Shown here: one piece after another, positions 1-11,623 of the stretch
How the letters are laid out: each line of letters starts with the position of its first letter
Numbering within the stretch: the first letter of the stretch is position 1
Virus record (IMG/VR): IMGVR_UViG_3300021387_001019
Coordinates: 36,934-100,933 of that record
DNA from: a virus
Taxonomy: Duplodnaviria; Caudoviricetes
Strand: one strand, 5' to 3'
Length of the DNA: 64,000 nt
Notes under the pieces: generated by a model
The model's input: the letters and a program-made list of their open reading frames with translations, nothing else
Database searches by the model: none
Told to the model about the DNA's origin: nothing
Translations under genes and position numbers: made by a program

Positions 1-217
1 TAAGACAAAGGTGGGTGGACTTGGTTCTGTAGTAACTGGCGAATATACGATTCAGCGTGGCACCGGCAAGAATGTAACTGAAAATCGTCGAAAAACTGCG
101 AAGGAAATTGACGGTTTTATAACTCTTGGTTGCGCAAGAAACGCAATTCTCGCCGACCGTGAGGCTTATGAAGCCTTAATCAGAATGTTGTAAGGCAAAT
201 GCGGAGGATACCGCTTA

Positions 218-353
218 TGGGACAAGTGAACATTCATTTAATATTGCAGCAGATTATAACCTGGAAAGTGAGGCTTGACGGCCTCCATTCCAGGTGAAAT
301 TTGCTGCAATCTATGAAACAACTATAGATATATCCCAAAGTTCTTGAGTCCCA
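218..353 (+). ncRNA. Structured element, unit 0 of a 5-member family (outer stem with internal loop enclosing a long hairpin)
   Basis: TGGGAC-aagt-GAAC (218-231) pairs with GTTC-ttga-GTCCCA (340-353). Inner hairpin 243-310 has loop TTGACG. Same architecture as the units at 1919-2515. Strand inferred from surrounding transcription. Confidence 0.75.
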
Positions 354-380
354 ATTATCAAAAGAAAAGGAGGTAGCACG

Positions 381-812
381 ATGACAATTTACGATAGGCT
401 TATAACTGAAGTAGAATGTGGTAAACCGTTTTCAATTAATTTGAAAACAAAAACATTAAAAATTGGAAAGGAAGTGGTGATTGATGAAGGCAACTATTCC
501 GGCGAGTTAATTGGTGATTTGCCGAAAGATCCTTGGGAGTTGGTCGAGGATTTATTCCGCGACTTTTATTTCTCAAGACCCGGCGCGTGGTCTGAAAAAA
601 AGAAGTCATACTTCGCATCTAAAAATGTGAAGGAAATGACCGACATTGAGTTAGCTTGTGGTGAACCTCGGTTGGTTGCACAGGCAAAACTTGAGGGATT
701 TGTTCTTTGCGCCGTGTTAAGCGGTGTATTTGAATGGAATCCACGATTTGGTAACTGGTTTTGGAAATCGAGGAAATATCCAAGACTCGTGTTGCTTAAA
801 GAATGGTTCTAA
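381..812 (+). CDS. Hypothetical phage protein (143 aa)
   Basis: ORF with strong RBS AAGGAGG; lies between structured units 0 and 1. Confidence 0.8.
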   Translation: MTIYDRLITEVECGKPFSINLKTKTLKIGKEVVIDEGNYSGELIGDLPKDPWELVEDLFRDFYFSRPGAWSEKKKSYFASKNVKEMTDIELACGEPRLVAQAKLEGFVLCAVLSGVFEWNPRFGNWFWKSRKYPRLVLLKEWF

Positions 813-904
813 AGTAACTGTAAACCTTGCCTGACAACTGAATATGGAACTCGTTAATTGATTGTAAACGCAAATATATTATTTATAAGAAAAGGAGATA
901 CCAT

Positions 905-1882
905 ATGATGAACGCAAGAGAAGAAAGAATTAACGCACTCAACAACGCAGGAATCGACACCGGAAAATTTGTTGCCATGAACGTACCGGAAGGTGCAACA
1001 ATTATTATTGCAACACCGGATGGTGTTCAGCATAAGTATGACAGAAATGGCAATCCTATTGACGAACTCCTGCGGAAGGTAAAGGATGTCGGGTACATCA
1101 AGGAAGACCCTCATTTCCGCCGGTGGGTAACCGCCCAGACATTCCACATTCTTGATTCTGGAATGAGCATGGAGAGGTACATTAACAGATACAAGGGTGG
1201 TTATTACTACCAGTTCTCCCAGACTCTGGACGAACTGAATGCGATTGCAAAGATGGGGAACACCCCGGAGAGAAGCAAGAGAACTCAGTTCTTCTCAAGA
1301 AATGTCGTGATTGCGCTTTGTGAGGATTATCTTGCAAAGCTTCACGCTTATGTTGATAATCTTCCGACAAAGTCCCATCGTGGAGTTCCTTACAAGAAGG
1401 TAAAAGGCTTCGGTGTTGGTGTCCATTGCAAGGACATCGAAGGCGTTGTATTTGCCCCGCTTGAGAGACATCTCAATGCAATTAAGGAACTCACCTACAG
1501 GGATGGCTACTATGCCGCTGCAAGGGAATTCAAGGGGTTTGTAGATCACATCATCAAGATTAACTTTGATGATGCAAAACTCTGCGAAAAGTGGGTAAGT
1601 GCCTACAAGGGAGCCGGTGCTTATTATACACTGATGGGACTTATTAAGTTCCATGGTTGCAGGGTATATAAGCATGAGGGAAGCCGTTACAATCCCGTCA
1701 AGACTTGCCTGAGTCTTGATGATTCTATCATGGCAGTAGAACAGAAGGTAGAGGATATTCTTAGATTCCGGTACTACTCCAGAACTCTTGCATGGTACCT
1801 TCTGTACGGAATGCTGAAGGAAGTTATCTCCGATAATAACTTCAACTTCCGTGAGAGGATGAAGGAAGTATACGGTAAATAA
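905..1882 (+). CDS. Hypothetical phage protein (325 aa), directly upstream of the structured-element array
   Basis: Long ORF with RBS AAGGAG; no recognisable catalytic motif. Confidence 0.85.
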   Translation: MMNAREERINALNNAGIDTGKFVAMNVPEGATIIIATPDGVQHKYDRNGNPIDELLRKVKDVGYIKEDPHFRRWVTAQTFHILDSGMSMERYINRYKGGYYYQFSQTLDELNAIAKMGNTPERSKRTQFFSRNVVIALCEDYLAKLHAYVDNLPTKSHRGVPYKKVKGFGVGVHCKDIEGVVFAPLERHLNAIKELTYRDGYYAAAREFKGFVDHIIKINFDDAKLCEKWVSAYKGAGAYYTLMGLIKFHGCRVYKHEGSRYNPVKTCLSLDDSIMAVEQKVEDILRFRYYSRTLAWYLLYGMLKEVISDNNFNFRERMKEVYGK

Positions 1883-1918
1883 TTTACCGTGAGCAACTAC
1901 GGAACGCAAATCCGTTAA

Positions 1919-2515
1919 TACCACAATACCATTTACTTTAAGATATTCGGAATAACAGAAGCTCTCACCCGGTTTGTCCTACCGGTTGATCGCTTCAGTA
2001 TTCCAGAATATTTATCAAGCAATTATAGAAATTTGCGAAGAATGGTTGAGTGGTGTGTAAACTCGATATGGCTGGAAAAAATTACCAAGGCAGATTACGA
2101 AATTTAATCATCAGACTATAACCGGATCTGCTGCCAGCTTTGTCTTGCTGGCCGCAGATCCTGAATATACTGATAATATGAGGCTATTAAAGAAACCATA
2201 CAAATCTGATGAGGTAATAAGGTTATAGGTAACCGAGACCAAACAAGGCAACTTGCTTTAGATTGCCTGAATGAAATCGCGGGGCCACGCGGCGTGACTC
2301 GCCGCAGGCCCTCGCGTTTCTTCCGGCTACTCATGAAACAATTACAGTTAACCTACAAAGTTGTTGAGTTTGATGTTTTTCATTATCACAAGGCAATTCA
2401 CTTTAATATGCCGCCAAGATTACGTCGCCATATTCAGGATGACTCCATGAATGGCGACGTAACTCAGCGGCACAATATGAAACTGATATAGAAATCTCGC
2501 GGAATTGCTGAGTGA
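1919..2515 (+). repeat. Tandem array of four 130-138 nt structurally conserved elements (putative ncRNA array): 1919-2055, 2081-2218, 2240-2372, 2386-2515
   Basis: Each unit has an outer stem interrupted by an AA(G)/(N)TGA internal loop, a TTTA(A/G) linker, a long imperfect hairpin with a TG(A/T)C loop, and an ATGAAAC..TATAGAAA-like linker. Stem sequences differ between units but pairing is kept. Confidence 0.8.
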
Positions 2516-2575
2516 AGTGTTAATAAGCAAGACGAGAATTGCTTATATAATATTATAAAAGAAAGGAAAAGAATT

Positions 2576-5500
2576 ATGGCAAAAAAATTCAGAGTGTGGG
2601 CAAAGACAATCGATTATTGTTATCTTGATGTAGAAGCAGACAGCAAGGAAGAAGCAATGGAAGTCGCAGAAGAGGCTGATGGTGGTGCTTTCCATAATGA
2701 CTGGTCAAATGGTGAATGGGAATTTGTAGATGAAGTAGAGGAAATTAATGATGATTCTGATGTTGATTATACATACAGCGATTTCTTTAAGAAGGAGGAA
2801 AATATATGCAGATAGGAGATATTGTAACATTCTGGAATGAAAACGATAATGCCTATTATATGGGCGTTGTAATGGAAATCAGCGGCGAAACAATCACCGT
2901 TCAGGACGCTGCCCATGAACAGCATGATGTACCGTCGGATAAAGTAATGCTTGCGGATGATACGGACATCTTGGAAGAACTGAGATGTCTGTATGGGTTT
3001 TATAACTAATTCAGTTATTAATAAAACAACGATTTGAAGGGAGATGACAAGATGGGCAAAGAATATACCAGAGAGCAGTTGTTGGATGTATTGAAAAGCT
3101 ATTTAAGAATGATCAACAATGACAATGGTCAATATCCACAAGTAGTGTTGTCTGATATTCAGAAAAGCATTGAGTTTGTACTTGAGCAAAATAAAACGGT
3201 TATTTGAAAGGAGGCGATTATATGCTCAAACTTAAAAGAGAAAAGATCAATGTGTTCGGCGAAGCAAGTGTTTCCCATGTTGAGAAGATGTGGAATACCT
3301 ATGTGGTTATTCGTGAGTGTGATGGGGTTATTCTTGCAAAAGGAAAGGAACTCAAGGGATATGTTGGTGACATCATCCGCACTATGTACACCGGGGAAAC
3401 GAAGTATGACGGTGATTACATCCTTGAATCCGATCGTCACGGAATGGTTTGCAAATTTCCTTATGGTGAACCTTGGGAACTGTATGTTAGACATTGAAAG
3501 CGAGGTGATATAGATGTACGAATTATTTATTACAATCGGTCGAATCACTTACAACTACGGTTTGTTTGAGGCAGAGTTCATCGACCAGGCAAAAGAAGAT
3601 TTGCAGAAACATATCCCCAACGGAAAGGTGTTTGCAATCGAAAAAGAAATCAATACCTTGCGGTTGGACGGCGATGAGGTAATTGATTACTGGATGTAAT
3701 AAAAGATAGGTTTCATGAAAGGTGGTGATTAAATGAAAGGACTTCAAGGCAAATCAGAGTTTACTAATTACCTAACATCAGTTCAGCGTCAGACACTTGA
3801 GCGGTTGGCGGAGATTGAGCGAGAAGACGCTGAAAGATGTGCCGAGTGCGGTGGCGAAGATTGTGTTTGTTGCGAGTATTATATTGACCGGCAAAAATGG
3901 AAATCACCAGAAGAATTATTTGCCCATGAGCTGGGAGATCCGTTTTATGATGACTACGATTATTGTAGATATGAAGATGATGAAGATGATGAAGATGAAG
4001 AATAACTAATAAAACCGGGAGGTGATACACATGTATGAAATTCGTGTTTATTATCAACGTTATAATATGAACCCGGATTATTATGAAGGCAATAAAGGAA
4101 TTGCTAAACGGTGGAAAGCAAAAACACCGGAGGAATTATTGAGGAAATGGAAACTACATGCTGAAAAGTATGAAGGCGAAACCTATTCGGTTTGGGACGG
4201 TAACCAAATCATTTTAGGTGGTGCATATGACCCGGATGATGATGAGATAATCCGGGAATATTTTGGTATTAATGATTAGGTTGTTTTAATTGGAGATGAA
4301 AAAATTATGAAAGAAAATGTTTTAGTAAGAAACGGACATCATATGCGGCCAATGTTGGCTGTTTGCAAACGTTATGGAGTAGGATTTCCTGATAAATATG
4401 ACAGAGGAGTCTGGATTTCCAAAACAGATGTCGCTACCATTGGTAAAATGATGGAAACCGATCCTACAGCCATTAGAGGCGTGTGGAATGGGAAACCTTG
4501 GTTGGCGGTTAATGGAACGAACATGCATAATCAAGTCATGTTACGTGACTTTGAGGAATTGTTTCAGCGAAAGGAGATAATTGAATGATTACTGCAAAAG
4601 AAATCGCAAAAATAGTTGATAGAAATCAGGGATATGTAAATATCCCGAGTCGTGCAAAAATGGACAATATGGTCTATTTTGTGTTCGACCTTCTAAGAGA
4701 ATCAGGAGACACGGAAACGGCAAATAAAGTATTAGATTTCTATTATGAGTTGGAAAATATGGATACATCCGAGATAGCAAAAGAAAAAATATGGGATTAA
4801 AAAGGAGGTATATATGAAATTCACGAAATATAACAATCCAAAAAAGAAATGTAAAGCAAGATATTCTCCGTATTCACAGCAGTACATTTCGGAACGGCGA
4901 GATGAGATGTATCAGCTTCTCGCCAAGGCTGAAACGGAATCGCAAAGAGATGCGATTATTAAAGCATTCGATATTACTATTCATCCGTAAGAAAGGAAGT
5001 TATACAAATGAAAGACGGTTATCATAAAATTTGTGGATATGATGTATATGTCGAAAATGATAAAGTTATTCGTGGTACAAAGGCAAACGTAACTCTTCCG
5101 GCTTATGTTTATAGGTCATGCAAAACAGGTGGATGGGATAGGGAATACAACATTTCAGTAAGCGCATTTCGGGCGGGTATTCGTCGTGGAACTATTAATA
5201 TGTTTTGAAAGGAGGCGACATTATGTCAGTAACACGCACATGGAAAGTATATGGTGCTGATGGGCATAGACAGCGTGAGAGTTTCAATCCATCTGTTAAA
5301 TGGGATTGGTCAAATAAATTAGACGGAATTCGTATTTTCGAAGCAGATAACTTCGACAAAACAGGAACCCATGATTATTCGCTTATTCGAATTACTCGTA
5401 ACACATATGAAGAATGTGACGAAGAAATGGAAGGCCAGATTACAGACGGATATTTTGAGAACTCAAGAGTTGGTAAAATAGTTGAACTATAATTTAATGT

Positions 5501-8500
5501 GGAGGAAATAATATGTGGACAAAATACAACGAAAAATTTGATTTCGATTCAAAAGACAATAACAGTACCTGGGATGCAATAGTTAATTATATGGACGATG
5601 ATAAAAGGGAGGCTGTTCATTTCGAACTTGCACCATGTACGAAAACAGAATTCATTAATAGGTATATTGAGTTAGACCCCGATTTTGAGGATCTTCTTGA
5701 GTTTGAATTTAGTATTGTAAAATAAATTATATAAAAAAATTACATTAGGAGGAAAATATTATGACAATTATTCGTGATGGAAAAGAAATTGTATTAACAG
5801 AAAGCGAACTTGTGAGTGCATATTACGAGCAGCAGCATAAATGGGATGTCGAGTATATCACTGGTAATCTTCTTGAACAGTACATTGATGAAGAGTTTTC
5901 CTCTGATAAAGAAATTCAGATGGGCAATAGACTCGTAAATGACCCTGAATTTGCCGACAAGGTAGCATATAAATATAGAAAATATCTCGATGATGCATAT
6001 GGAAGCGATACCGAATGGGAAGATTTAATTGATGCATATAATTATATTTGTAGATGTGATAATGATTGAGAGGCGATTAAATGAAATGGAAATGTAAATG
6101 CTGTGGAAAGGAATTTTTAGCAGAATCTGAAGAAGAATTTGAATATTGCGTTGAAGAAGAAGTATGGGGACATTTACAGATGCGTCACGAAGATGTGTTT
6201 GATGAAGTTCAAAATTGGGAAACACCGGATATGTTAGAAGAATGCTACGATTTCACAGAGGAGGAATAACATGATTAATAATTTTAAGCGAGGTAAATGG
6301 GTAGAAACTGTATCTTATGAAGTTAGATTTTATTTTGATTCGACCGGCGGATTTGCATTTCCGTGTGACGAGAATGGAAATCTTTTAACTAATAAGATTA
6401 AGAATCCGGCAGCTATAGAGAACTATAAATGGTGTTTAGAAAACAAAGACAAATTCCACTACTATTTTAATCAGGTAGTACAGGTTAAGAGTTCTTATAG
6501 AGAAAATAATACAGGTACTTGCCACTGTGGTAATCATATGGAGTTGTATAACGAATACCTTGGTGCTTGCGAATGTCCGAAATGTCATCAGTGGTATAAC
6601 ATTTTCGGGCAGGAACTCAAAAACCCGGAAACTTGGTCGGACGGCGATGATTGGTAAAAGAAAGGATCGTGTCGTTTTTAGTAATTAACAAAGGAGGATT
6701 AAAATGTATCAGGTTATTGTTAATTGTTGGATAAATGAAAAGCGTGATTCTGATAGCCTTTGCCCTAAATTATATAGATATAAAAAGACGGCAGAACGCA
6801 GGGCAAAAGAATTTTATACAGATAGCACTACAATTTGTGGTGATCATATTCTCAGGAAAGCATATGTTAGAAAAACATTGAGTCCTGCTACAGAAAAAGA
6901 AGCGAAAGTAGCTTATTGTAGATGTAAAAATATATGGATTGATACTCCATACGGAATTGAAAAAATCCGCAGTTCTTGGGAATATGGTTCACACGCCACG
7001 TCTGAAGAACTGTTTTATAGAAGCTGTGGCTATGGTTATGATGGAAATTATTACATTGAAGATGATTGACAAACAAAATAATATAATATATAATTACAGA
7101 AAGGACGAATACGTATGATAAAATATGAGAATATCAAGGTAGATGGTTACTTTGGAAGATGGCATGTAGTCGATAATGATGTATTCCATAGACCAATGAT
7201 TAACGGAACTGAAGATATACCTGTGTGGTTTCTCGAACATAATACCTATGGCGATGAAGCTGCGCAGATAATTGTCGATGAAAATTTAAATGTGATTCTT
7301 GATGATGTATGGAATGGTGAGCTTGATTTAAGAGAGTATGAAGAGCTTCTTCGGTGTGAAGTAGGAAGGTAATAAAAATAAAAGGAGGCGATTGAATGAA
7401 AACACGGAAACCAACAGCATATCTTGAAAAATACAGAACTGGTTACTTTGGATTGGAATACACTTACAGATGGATTGCAACAGATACATGGAATAATAAA
7501 GTGGCAAGTGGTAAAACAAGAAAAGAATGCGAAGCAGAATGCAGACGGAACGGGTATGTTCCGTACCGATAAGGAGAGAAAATACTATGGCTAATAAAAC
7601 ATATACACTGAGCGAGGTTAAGGGAAAATACCAGGGCGATATGATCTTTGTTAGAGCAGAAAATGCAATCGAAGCGATGAAGAAAGCGGGAATGACTTGT
7701 TGGATACGCAACTATGAGAGATTTAAAGATATGTATTTTGGTAAAATATATGCTGTATATGAAACAGGGAATTCGAGTTATATAGAGTATATTTGCCACG
7801 ATTAACAGCTTTCATAGAATGGAGATTGTGTTATGACAATTAATCAGCATCTTGATAATGTTTTCTATGAGGCAGCTAAGAGATTTGAGGATAACGCCAA
7901 TGGGGTGTTGTATAACTATAAATTCTATAACAGTAACATTATGTGTCCAGAGTTAATTGCTTCTGGGACAGGTTACATCATAGGTGTTCGTTATGATCGT
8001 GGTCTTGATTGTAATGTATATACGTTAGAAGATGCGACTACAAAAGAACGCCACACCGGGAACCAGTTTCGTTTTGAACTTGACTGATGAAACAGCTTTT
8101 ATAGAAGGGAGAAAGTAAAATGAAATATGGAGAGAAATATCAGACGGCATTGGTCGATAGATTTACCAAAAAGCGTATTTCTTATACCGCAACATATAAA
8201 TATACGGAATGGCAAGGATATCATACAGATAAAGAGGGAGATGGTTTGTGGCATGGTGATAAACAGATTGTTGGAACATGTCAGTTTACCGTCGCCGGAT
8301 GCAAAACGGAAAAAGCGGCGAAAGCAAAAATCAGAAGATATGTAACACAATAAAAACAGCTTGAATGAAGGGAGAAGATAACATGAATACGGAAAAAATT
8401 TACGAATCATATGTGTTAAAAATTATGAAACTCGTGGATGATCTTGGCAATGCTACTGGAAGCCTGATTGCTATTATGAATAACGACGGAAAAGAAGTTG

Positions 8501-9467
8501 ATGATGAGATTTTTGATTTGATTAATGATTTAAAAGATGGATACGATGATATTGATGAAGCTGTCAGGACTATTATGAGCAAATAAAAGACACGTTTGAC
8601 GGAGGGAGATTAAATGGCAAATTATATTGTTACATTTACAAAGTATATGGAATATTGTGTGAACGCAGAAGACGAGAACGAAGCGGAAGATAAAGCTTAT
8701 AAACTTTTTTATAGAGACGCTACATACTCAGTTGCTGATACTCATTATGATGAGGTCGATATTGAGGAAATAGATGAAGATGAATAAAATACACGCCTTA
8801 TAAAGGGAGACGATGATATGACAGAAGTCATTCAGCAATGGAAAAATGAAGCACTTGGACTCAGAAATGTTTATAAAGACACAACAGCATTTCATGTAGA
8901 TGGAAACACATTATATCTGATTACAAAATATCCGGGTTTGTTTATTGGTTATCATGGAAACTTAGTTAATAAATACGAAGAAAAACTTGGCATGAAGGTT
9001 AAGATGATTGAGTTGCATGAAGGTATTACGCAGTTTTGATGAAAGGAGATAATTATATGTCAACAAGATCTTATGTGGGAATTATTAAAGATGGGATGGT
9101 TAAATATGGATATCATCATTGTGATTCGCACTTAGAATCACTTGGTATTGAGTTATTCAATATCAAGACGGAATCTGAATTGCTCACTAAAATTGATGTT
9201 CTTGCGGAACTTGATACGGGTGGTTGTGTATCTGTAAATGATTATTTCAGAATACCAAAAGAAGATATATTCATAGAATTTTGTTATGGATTTAATGTTG
9301 ATGATAATGAATGGTATGTAAGTTCATGTCATTTTATAAACCAGGACAAAATGTACAAGCTGACTGAGTTAGTTAAAAATGATGAAGAAATGGAATATTA
9401 TCTGGATAGGTATTATGAAAAATATAGAAAAGAAATATTGAATAAAATTAGAAATGGGATTAAATGA
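2576..9467 (+). other. Cluster of ~25 small hypothetical early-region ORFs (60-143 aa)
   Basis: Closely packed + strand ORFs, mostly with GGAG/GGAGG RBS; many are acidic or carry CxxC pairs; no family recognised. Confidence 0.75.
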
Positions 9468-9525
9468 AAATCAAGTTTCATTTGATAACAAAAAAAATAT
9501 TTAGGAGGATGTTAAAAAAAAGATT

Positions 9526-10347
9526 ATGGATAACGATAACGGTGGACGTTTTAGAAAGAAGAAAATAAGTTTTTCAATGATACCGAATAGTCTTATTCGA
9601 GATAAATCAATATCACTTAAAACCAAAGGGTTATATAGTCTTATACAGTCATATATAACCTTAGATAATTTTACATTATATAAAGATTTTTTGGTTAGCA
9701 ATTGTAAAGAAGGGAAAGCAGCATTTCACGCAGCCTGGAAAGAACTAAAGGAAACAGGATACTTAAAACAATATAGGATGAATAGTTCAAATGGTTTCTA
9801 TTATGAATATGAGTTACTTGATGGACCAGACAATTCCACATATGAAGAAAACCAATTCACAGAAAGCCCACATACCGATTTTCAATATATGGAAAATCCA
9901 TCGGTGGGAAACCCAGGTATGAAAACCACGTCGATGGAAAATGGTGGTGATATAAATAATACTATAAAGAATAATACTATAAAGAATAATACTAATCAAA
10001 TCATATCTATCGCTGATGTGATGGATCAGATTGGATACACAACCTTTTCAAAGTATGATGAAAATCAAGTCAGCGAAATCGCCGCACTTATAACAGATGT
10101 GTTGAATTCGCCGGATGATAAATTCATTAGAATAGCGAAAGATAATGTGTTATGTAAAGAAGTGAAGTCAAGATATAGCAAATTAAATAAATTCCATATT
10201 GAATATATACTGGAATGTTTAAAGGAAAACAGTTCTAAAATAGCTAATGTAAAGAACTATTTATTAACTGCATTATATAATGCTCCACTTACAATGGGGA
10301 CTTACTATCAGAATAAAGTGAATACATATAATACACAAACAAAATAA
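9526..10347 (+). CDS. Replication-initiator-like protein (N-terminal wHTH; C-terminal DUF6017-like domain)
   Basis: N-terminal FSMIPNSLIRDKSISLKTKGLY...WKELKETGYL is typical of phage replisome organisers. C-terminal NVKNYLLTALYNAPLTM..YY. The linker has a 15-bp tandem repeat AATAATACTATAAAG (9955-9994). Confidence 0.7.
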   Translation: MDNDNGGRFRKKKISFSMIPNSLIRDKSISLKTKGLYSLIQSYITLDNFTLYKDFLVSNCKEGKAAFHAAWKELKETGYLKQYRMNSSNGFYYEYELLDGPDNSTYEENQFTESPHTDFQYMENPSVGNPGMKTTSMENGGDINNTIKNNTIKNNTNQIISIADVMDQIGYTTFSKYDENQVSEIAALITDVLNSPDDKFIRIAKDNVLCKEVKSRYSKLNKFHIEYILECLKENSSKIANVKNYLLTALYNAPLTMGTYYQNKVNTYNTQTK

Positions 10348-10350
10348 TAG

Positions 10351-10379
10351 TTGACATTGCAGTTTTACTGATGTAAAAT
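10351..10379 (+). promoter_or_regulatory. sigmaA-type promoter upstream of the tyrosine recombinase
   Basis: TTGACA-17 nt-TAAAAT; operator-like ACAAACAAAATAAT immediately upstream (10335-10348). Confidence 0.75.
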
Positions 10380-10430
10380 AAAAATAGAAATCAGAATGAT
10401 TCTATGATAGTATATTATAAAGGAGATGGT

Positions 10431-11420
10431 ATGATGACTTCTAAAAAGACATTGAGTGGTGTTCAGGAATACAATAATGACTATTATGATAAGTGTATGA
10501 AAGTCATTAGTTCTAATAGAGATATTAAATATCTTGAGGATTTCTATTTATCTATGAATGACAACGGGAATGCTACGAAACATCAATATATTAATAGAGT
10601 TGTAAAATTTGCAAGGTATACAAATAAGCTTAATGCGGAAGACATTAGACTTGTTGATTATACAAGATTCCTTGCAAGTTTAAATAATAAAAGCGCTGCA
10701 TATCAAAAAATAACTTATGCAGCGTTAAAGAAATTGTCGTCATTTATTGGTGAATATGGTCTTGGAAAAGACTGTGTAACTAAAAAACTGAAAACAAAAC
10801 AAAAAGAAAGCGCGGAAACCGCAAAACGCCGGGAAAAGTCGTACCTTACAGATGAGGAAATGGAAACATTGATACAGCATGTTAAAAACACATGTAAAGA
10901 TCCAAGATGGAGACAAAGAGATGTTGCAATGATGTATCTTTTTAGAGCAAGCGGTATCCGTCGGGCTGCGCTTCAAAAACTCGATATGGAAGATATTGAT
11001 TTTGAAGAAGGTACTATCAATGTAACGGAAAAAGGTGGGAAGGTTAGAACTGTATATCTTGATGATGAAACTGTTAATGAATTAAAGAAATGGTGCGACT
11101 GTAGAAAGTACTTGCATTTAAAAGATACAAACGCTGTGTTTGTTAGTACACATTTGCAGCGAATGTCTTTGCCTAATATTAATTATTTATTTACTGTTTA
11201 TGGGAAGATATTCCCGGGAAAACATTTGTCTCCGCATAAGATTCGCGCAAGTTATGGTACATCATTATATGAAGAGACTCATGATGTATATTTTGTGCAG
11301 AAAGCTATGGGGCATAGTGATCCGAGTGTAACAGAAATTTACATTCGTGGTCAGGAAAATGCAACAAAGGAAGCAAGAGATATCCTTATGAGAAGAAGAA
11401 AAGGGGTCACAACAAAATGA
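10431..11420 (+). CDS. Tyrosine recombinase/integrase family protein
   Basis: SGIRRAAL (R), EKGGKVR (K), SPHKIRASYG (HxxR), MGHSDPSVTEIY (H, Y). Start chosen at the ATG after RBS AGGAG. Confidence 0.92.
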   Translation: MMTSKKTLSGVQEYNNDYYDKCMKVISSNRDIKYLEDFYLSMNDNGNATKHQYINRVVKFARYTNKLNAEDIRLVDYTRFLASLNNKSAAYQKITYAALKKLSSFIGEYGLGKDCVTKKLKTKQKESAETAKRREKSYLTDEEMETLIQHVKNTCKDPRWRQRDVAMMYLFRASGIRRAALQKLDMEDIDFEEGTINVTEKGGKVRTVYLDDETVNELKKWCDCRKYLHLKDTNAVFVSTHLQRMSLPNINYLFTVYGKIFPGKHLSPHKIRASYGTSLYEETHDVYFVQKAMGHSDPSVTEIYIRGQENATKEARDILMRRRKGVTTK

Positions 11421-11623
11421 GAAGAAGACTTGATGTTATGCCGTTTGATATGTCTTTTGACGGAGGATTTTCACTCTGTCACGCAACTGGATATGAAGTA
11501 TGTCTTGGTGATCCAGACAACCCGGCAGACTGGTGGAATGAATACGAAGACATTGATGGAAACATTTATTACGGAAGATAAATAAAGTAAAAGGCATTTT
11601 ATTATATAGGAGGGAAAAATAAT

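Noticed and set aside
1919-2515. CRISPR array, simple terminators, or the short ORFs (2116-2334, 2294-2491) as the explanation of the hairpin array
   Set aside because: There are no identical direct repeats and no U-tracts after the hairpins. The ORFs lack RBSs and cut across unit boundaries.
9885-9994. Replication origin iterons in the initiator-like gene
   Set aside because: The short repeats (ATGGAAAAT; 15-bp tandem) are compatible with iterons but are equally explained by a low-complexity protein linker; not supportable without further data.
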